Virus record (IMG/VR): IMGVR_UViG_3300028393_004061
Location: 1-64,000 of that record
Source of the DNA: a virus
Taxonomy: Duplodnaviria > Caudoviricetes
Length of the DNA: 64,000 nt
Reading direction: 5' to 3' (one strand)
The first letter of the stretch is position 1; every line of letters starts with the position of its first letter. Below the pieces are notes generated by a model. The model ran no database searches. It was not told the DNA's origin and saw only the letters and a program-made list of their open reading frames with translations. Shown here piece after piece: positions 58,951 to 64,000 of the stretch. The translations under genes and the position numbers were made by a program.

Positions 58951-59551
58951 AAAAGTAAATATAGATCCAAAAATTAAAATAAAAGTGGAAGACATTATAG
59001 AACAACCAGTAATTGTTCGTGTTAGAAGATTTACAGAATCAGCATGTGCCGATTTTACAAATCAATTAAACAAAGCAATAAATACAGGCCAACCATTTAT
59101 ACCAATAGTTATAGATTCCTATGGAGGTCAAGTCTATAGCCTCATGGAAATGATTAACAAAATACAAACATGCTGCATCCCTTGTTACACTGTCGTTGAA
59201 AGCAAAGCTATGTCTTGTGGAGCTATTCTTTTTGGAATGGGCCAAAAAAGATTCATGGCACCAAATGCAACTATTATGCTTCATGAAGTATCCTCCGCAT
59301 CTACAGGCAAAACAGAAGAAATTAAAGCAGATGCAAAAGAAACAGATAGACTTAACAAATTAATCTTTAAAATCATGGCAGAAAATTGCAAAAAAAAATC
59401 TGACTTTTTTCTAAGTCTTGTTCACGATAGAAGTCATGCAGATTGCTACTTCAGTGCAAAAGAAGCCAAAAGAATTAATCTCTGTACCGAAATAGGAATA
59501 CCACAACTCACCATAAATGTCGATCTTTCATACAAATTAGAAAAGATTTAA
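58943..59551 (+). CDS. clpP: ATP-dependent Clp protease proteolytic subunit
   Basis: IDSYGG, AMSCG (Ser), IMLHE (His), D.Y.SA.EA (Asp). Confidence 0.9.
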   Translation: MYKKVNIDPKIKIKVEDIIEQPVIVRVRRFTESACADFTNQLNKAINTGQPFIPIVIDSYGGQVYSLMEMINKIQTCCIPCYTVVESKAMSCGAILFGMGQKRFMAPNATIMLHEVSSASTGKTEEIKADAKETDRLNKLIFKIMAENCKKKSDFFLSLVHDRSHADCYFSAKEAKRINLCTEIGIPQLTINVDLSYKLEKI

Positions 59552-59622
59552 TTTAAGGTTGAAATAGTTTTTCTTTGTGGTATCTTTCTCAGAGGTCAAC
59601 AACAATCACTTGGAGTCTTATC

Positions 59623-60021
59623 ATGGAATCGAAAAAACCTTTATTGGTTGTAGGTGCAGCTTTCATAGCAGCTTTTGGATTTAGTGTGTATAAACAACTT
59701 GAGTTAAACCAATTGCGATATGAAAATACTACTATTCGCTTTGAAAATAGTATGGCTTTAAATCAAATCAGAACAATGGAATCTATGCCAAATTATGACG
59801 ATGGATATAGAGACGCAATTGTTAAAATTGGCGGACCACAAAGTGCTGGAAGCTATCAAGATGGATGGGATGCAGCTTTTAAAGTCGTAGGATCTAGCAC
59901 CTATTCAGAAGGATATCACACGGCAATCAAACAATTTGGCTATACAAAAGATGGAAATACCAAATGGATCATACAAGAATCTATACCAGTAAATAACCCA
60001 ATTAACACACCAAAGAAGTAA
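59623..60021 (+). CDS. Membrane-anchored hypothetical protein
   Basis: GGAG RBS before 59623; N-terminal TM; repeated Y.DG(Y/W) motifs. Confidence 0.65.
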   Translation: MESKKPLLVVGAAFIAAFGFSVYKQLELNQLRYENTTIRFENSMALNQIRTMESMPNYDDGYRDAIVKIGGPQSAGSYQDGWDAAFKVVGSSTYSEGYHTAIKQFGYTKDGNTKWIIQESIPVNNPINTPKK

Positions 60022-60032
60022 AGGATACTTTA

Positions 60033-60284
60033 ATGTTTAAGGAACAAGAATCGAACGAAATACTTGGCATTGGCAATGAAGTTGTAAAATTCATTGAAAA
60101 GGATAGCGATGATGTGATCTGCTATATCGGAAAGAAAGATGAGAAAGATGTTATCTTCTTCCATAAGCCAATGACACCAGAAATTATAATTGCTATCTCA
60201 AATATTCTAAGCAAAAAGAAAATGAGAAAAGCCCTTGTGAAAGGCAATTATAAAAAGGCACAAAAAATAGCACAAGAACTTTAA
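60033..60284 (+). CDS. Hypothetical protein
   Basis: 83 aa, AAGGA RBS. Confidence 0.65.
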   Translation: MFKEQESNEILGIGNEVVKFIEKDSDDVICYIGKKDEKDVIFFHKPMTPEIIIAISNILSKKKMRKALVKGNYKKAQKIAQEL

Positions 60285-60377
60285 AACTAATCAATAATAT
60301 TGCGAAATAAAATTTTAGTTTTTATTGTGGATAGTAAATAATATAACAAGGATGTTTTATTTTGGCATGGATGCCAA

Positions 60378-60383
60378 TATATA
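60378..60383 (+). promoter_or_regulatory. Putative late promoter variant TATATA, 5 nt before ATG 60389
   Basis: TATATA-TTTTC-ATG. Confidence 0.4.
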
Positions 60384-60388
60384 TTTTC

Positions 60389-61090
60389 ATGATAAATTAT
60401 TATAAAAAATTAATTTATATCCATCCTCCAAAAACTGGTGGATCTTCTATTGTTGATCTTTGGGGAGAAAAATCACCCATACCAGAAGAACAAGGAAAAT
60501 ACGAATCACTTCCAGTACATCATTCAATAAGATTTTATAAAAACTTTAATTTTAATCTAAATAATTACTTCATTTTTGCAACAACAAGAAACCCTTGGGA
60601 TAGAATTGTATCAGCATATTTTTGGCTGGTAAAAAATGAGGAAGGAAGATTACCTAAAAATATAGAAGGTAAAGATTGTAACTTTGAAGAATATGTCGAA
60701 TGGCTTATGGTAAATAATACCAGTATAAATCATAATAAAAACAATCGACATTGGTCTCACCCCAATCCAGTATGGGATTGGATTACTATAGACGATCAAG
60801 TGTCTGTAGATTATTTTTGCAATATCCATACATTCAAAGAAGACTTTCAATTCGTTATTGATATTTTAGGCACAAAGAAAATTTTGCTCCATTCTAATAA
60901 ATCATCACACGATGATTACAGAAAATATTACACAGATAAATTGGCCGAGAAAGTCGCATTTATCTTTAATAAAGATATCGAATACTTTAAGTATAAATTT
61001 GATGATAAAAATTATTCTGACTTTAATCGAATCGTAAATCTAGAAAAAATAGAAGAATATAAAAGGCTTAAAAAATTTATAAAAATTTAA
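60389..61090 (+). CDS. Sulfotransferase family 2 (Sulfotransfer_2) protein
   Basis: IYIHPPKTGGSS (5'-PSB), RNPWDRIVSAY (3'-PB), KD.E.F.Y; start moved to MINYY. Confidence 0.85.
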   Translation: MINYYKKLIYIHPPKTGGSSIVDLWGEKSPIPEEQGKYESLPVHHSIRFYKNFNFNLNNYFIFATTRNPWDRIVSAYFWLVKNEEGRLPKNIEGKDCNFEEYVEWLMVNNTSINHNKNNRHWSHPNPVWDWITIDDQVSVDYFCNIHTFKEDFQFVIDILGTKKILLHSNKSSHDDYRKYYTDKLAEKVAFIFNKDIEYFKYKFDDKNYSDFNRIVNLEKIEEYKRLKKFIKI

Positions 61091-61896
61091 ATTCCAAATA
61101 TTTTTTTTACCCAATCATTACCATATTTCTTTTTGACGAATGTACGCAATGGTTCCGCATCAGAAGCAGTCTTGAATTTTTCCAAATATTCTGTCGCCTC
61201 TTGTTCGTTATTGTAAATCAACATTCCTCTTTCTATATTCCAACGAACAAAAACAGATAAATTTTCAGAATTATAACTCGACTCATTAGAATCTAAAACC
61301 ATAAGCAATGTTAGAACATATATATCAAACTCTAACATGTACCTTACAGTTTCTGCCCTACTCTTAATCTGTAAATCCTTTCGCACTTTACTTCCATTTG
61401 TGTAACTTACCCATTCATCCAAAAGATATAAAGATCTATCGCCCCAACTAGATGCCTGTTCCACCAAATAAAGATTATAAACACTTCCTCGCAAACTTCT
61501 TGGAACTTTAGAAGCAACAGTTTCAATTCTAGTCTTTGGCTCATTCAAAATAATCGCACGATCCTCCAAACAATAAAATGCATTAATTGGAGTTCCATCA
61601 TAATACTTGTTGCGAATAAAAGAATTTATACCATGCGTAGTCTCATGACCAGCAGTAATTAAATCCGAATCATTATAGTAACCACCATCATCTATGTGAC
61701 ACCTAATGTCAGACAAAACACTATAAGATTTTGATTTTTTTATGGCAGGATAAATAATCCATTTTGGTTGCTCATACTTTTCTTCTTTTTTAATTTCATT
61801 TTCTACTACTTTTCCTTCTGGCCTCTCTTTCATACATATGCCAATCGCAGAACCAGCTAAAAAACCTATAATTAACAAAAATATTAGCTTTTGCAT
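61087..61896 (-). CDS. Exported protein with a HExxH zincin-like motif
   Basis: Signal/TM MQKLIFLLIIGFLAGSAIG; HETTH; downstream DE. Confidence 0.6.
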   Translation of the reverse strand: MQKLIFLLIIGFLAGSAIGICMKERPEGKVVENEIKKEEKYEQPKWIIYPAIKKSKSYSVLSDIRCHIDDGGYYNDSDLITAGHETTHGINSFIRNKYYDGTPINAFYCLEDRAIILNEPKTRIETVASKVPRSLRGSVYNLYLVEQASSWGDRSLYLLDEWVSYTNGSKVRKDLQIKSRAETVRYMLEFDIYVLTLLMVLDSNESSYNSENLSVFVRWNIERGMLIYNNEQEATEYLEKFKTASDAEPLRTFVKKKYGNDWVKKIFGI

Positions 61897-61906
61897 TTAT
61901 ACCCCT

Positions 61907-62587
61907 TTATTTCCCACTATTTGGAACTATCATCGTATAAGAGTAAATGCCAGCAGATAATATCGCACTTCTATAACCATCCATGTAACCATTTCCAAGA
62001 CATATATCACAAGGCAAATATAAAAAACTACCACTACCTTTGCACAACCAACATAAATTACCAACAGGATTACCTTCCATGTCTGATTTAAATGACCAAG
62101 ATCTTAAAAAAACATCTTGTAACATCCATTCTTTTTTACCACTGTCTGGATCTGCTACACATATATCATCCTGTGTGTATCCTATTACAACAACATAATG
62201 CCATAAATCATTAGCACTTCGTAACAAAACAATCGTAGGCTTATTGTTACTCACATGACATTTAAGCTCATCTATATTGCCTCTTAATATCCTGTTTTTC
62301 ACATCGTAATGACGCAATCCCTTACTGACACCAGCAGGAAGAGAAAAACCAAATCTTTTACCAGCTAATGTCGCTTTAGATAAAACATAAGCCTCTAAAT
62401 CAGAACAATTTACATTTTTTCCGTAATAACCAACAACCATTGAGGCACATGTTGGGCCACAAGTAATATCGTCAGGTTGCTTTTCAAATTTTAAAAAATC
62501 TTTCAATTGATGTGAATTAGGATACTCTTTTAAGCCACATCCAGATAGTAATAAACATAACACAAGATATAAGACTCGAATTAACAT
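61907..62587 (-). CDS. C39-like cysteine peptidase lipoprotein with a DnaJ-type Zn finger
   Basis: LLLSG-C lipobox; Q.....CGPTC, HYVVV, ADP; CWLCKGSG and CDICLGNG; GAGGT RBS. Confidence 0.75.
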   Translation of the reverse strand: MLIRVLYLVLCLLLSGCGLKEYPNSHQLKDFLKFEKQPDDITCGPTCASMVVGYYGKNVNCSDLEAYVLSKATLAGKRFGFSLPAGVSKGLRHYDVKNRILRGNIDELKCHVSNNKPTIVLLRSANDLWHYVVVIGYTQDDICVADPDSGKKEWMLQDVFLRSWSFKSDMEGNPVGNLCWLCKGSGSFLYLPCDICLGNGYMDGYRSAILSAGIYSYTMIVPNSGK

Positions 62588-63221
62588 GATTCAATACCTC
62601 GTTACAAACCAAGAAGATGAGTTTTTCCCAAATAAAAAAATTATTGCGGGAATTACAATGCATGAAGAAAATCCAAACTATATATTCGCTACATACAAAG
62701 ATATTCTTACCGCAAAGTTTATCCAACCAACATTAGAAAACATTGAAAATCCAAAATTTTGGGCAGTTGAGACATCAAACCTTGTTAAAAAAAATGTCCT
62801 TAGAGAATATCACTCAACATGCAAAGGAATCGAAGTAAAAGAATCAAACATTCCAACAGACGAACAATACTTTAACTTTGCTTCACTACTCTGTATGAAT
62901 TATGTTAAAAACAAAGTTTTCAAAAATTGGATTTTAAAATATCTGAAAAATGAAGATCGCTCGAAAAGGACTGCTGATGCTATGTCGGAAAAAGTAAGAC
63001 TTCAAAGCTATATGGATATTCCACATGAAGAAACATATCTAGCACCTACTCACGCTCTGATAAATTCTGTTGTAACTGGAAATTTTAAAACGAAATGCTC
63101 TCACTCAGCACACAAAATGATATTTGATTCTCCTCCAACATTAAATGTTCAAGCATTTGCACATGCTGCCATTACTATGAACACTGAAGAAATAACAAAA
63201 CTCATAGAACAATTTGCATGA
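62586..63221 (+). CDS. Hypothetical protein
   Basis: 211-aa ORF. Confidence 0.7.
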   Translation: MIQYLVTNQEDEFFPNKKIIAGITMHEENPNYIFATYKDILTAKFIQPTLENIENPKFWAVETSNLVKKNVLREYHSTCKGIEVKESNIPTDEQYFNFASLLCMNYVKNKVFKNWILKYLKNEDRSKRTADAMSEKVRLQSYMDIPHEETYLAPTHALINSVVTGNFKTKCSHSAHKMIFDSPPTLNVQAFAHAAITMNTEEITKLIEQFA

Positions 63222-63379
63222 AAAAAAATATAGACTTTTATTTTGATGAAAATGGACTTATGGTTTTGACTGAATCATTTCTAAAAAAAAGAGGACACTG
63301 CTGCAAAAATGGATGCAAGCATTGTCCTTATGGATTTGAAAAAGAAAAAAAAGATATAACCAAATCACCTAAAAAATAA
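63218..63379 (+). CDS. Small Cys-rich DUF5522-like protein, 53 aa (not in ORF track)
   Basis: ATGA overlap; FYFDENG.MV.TE..L..RG.CC..GC.HCPY. Confidence 0.75.
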   Translation: MKKNIDFYFDENGLMVLTESFLKKRGHCCKNGCKHCPYGFEKEKKDITKSPKK

Positions 63380-63391
63380 TCTTTTTTTTTA

Positions 63392-64000
63392 TTATTCAAT
63401 TTCTGGATTAGGCATTCTTTTTCGATTATAAAATTTTCCCTTTTTATCTTTTTCATCATTTTGCTTGGATACTTTAGCTGCTAAACCACGAGCTTGGTGT
63501 CCAGCATCATCGGGAATATCTTTCCCAGTACGAAGATAATCGAATAGAGGATGAAAAACCTTATTTTTATATCTCCATAAATCTTTAGGCATTATTTGAA
63601 GCTCACATTGCATACCATCTATATTCAAATCAATATGATACGATCCACGCCAACCAGTTTTATCTTTTTCAATTTTACCTGTTTTTGGATTTTTAATATT
63701 TCCGACATCATCTTTAGCCTCATAACCAACAGCAGTTATGTTTTTAGGAAATAAAGGATCATGTTTAAACTTACTATTTAAAAAAGCTGTAATTTCTTTA
63801 GATTGTTCTTTGGTATCCGTTACAATTGTAGCACGAAGAATATCACCTATGCCTTCAACTCCTCTTCCTTTGTCTCTCATTTTTCTTTCAATTGAACTTT
63901 TCGACTTTATGTCCATAATAACTTCACCTTTATCGCCAACGAACCTTTTTTTTACCATATTAAGAATATCTTCAAATTTCATATATCTATCTTTTGCCAT
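63392..64000 (-). CDS. RelA/SpoT-fold (alarmone synthetase-like) nucleotidyltransferase, possibly N-terminally truncated
   Basis: IKS.SSI.RK, DILRAT, GWRGSYH, CELQI, K..FH..FD; the ATG coincides with the window edge. Confidence 0.7.
   Translation of the reverse strand: MAKDRYMKFEDILNMVKKRFVGDKGEVIMDIKSKSSIERKMRDKGRGVEGIGDILRATIVTDTKEQSKEITAFLNSKFKHDPLFPKNITAVGYEAKDDVGNIKNPKTGKIEKDKTGWRGSYHIDLNIDGMQCELQIMPKDLWRYKNKVFHPLFDYLRTGKDIPDDAGHQARGLAAKVSKQNDEKDKKGKFYNRKRMPNPEIE

Noticed and set aside
1-64000. tRNA/rRNA genes, introns, inteins, transposases; firm host assignment
   Set aside because: Intergenic gaps are at most about 100 bp and show no cloverleaf; no LAGLIDADG/HNH/intein motifs were seen. 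Sulfatase, SET and alpha-CTD content hints at a PVC/Bacteroidota-like aquatic host, but that cannot be supported without searches.

Overview
AT-rich, gene-dense fragment of a large (probably jumbo) myophage with T4-superfamily-type architecture. No tRNA, rRNA, CRISPR array, integrase or transposase was recognised. (1) 1-34.8 kb, mostly minus strand: tail/baseplate module with a gp2-like DNA end protector, a 3,538-aa modular tape measure, tube initiator, gp53/LysM-like, hub, gp5/VgrG-like spike, gp25, gp6/J and gp7/I-like wedges, three paralogous PKD fibre-like proteins (one with ~38 tandem 11-aa Pro/Thr repeats), a SET-domain methyltransferase, and glycosyltransferase-like genes directly downstream of the fibres. 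(2) 34.9-41 kb: hypothetical and putative head-associated proteins plus a CCA/poly(A)-polymerase-fold protein whose catalytic residues are degenerate. (3) 41-61 kb: a mosaic glycan-tailoring island with about 13 glycosyltransferase-like genes, 2 methyltransferases, 2 sulfotransferases, a sulfatase, a NodU/CmcH carbamoyltransferase, a radical SAM enzyme and a myo-inositol-oxygenase homologue. (4) 56.5-64 kb: host-takeover and accessory genes (pyrimidine-dimer glycosylase, AlpA-alphaCTD fusion, ClpP, exported proteases, RelA/SpoT-fold nucleotidyltransferase). The best candidate for an undescribed system is a phage-encoded pathway making sulfated, uronic-acid-containing glycans, possibly to decorate the Pro/Thr/Ser-repeat fibre. 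All family assignments come from motif recognition by eye; no database search was run.
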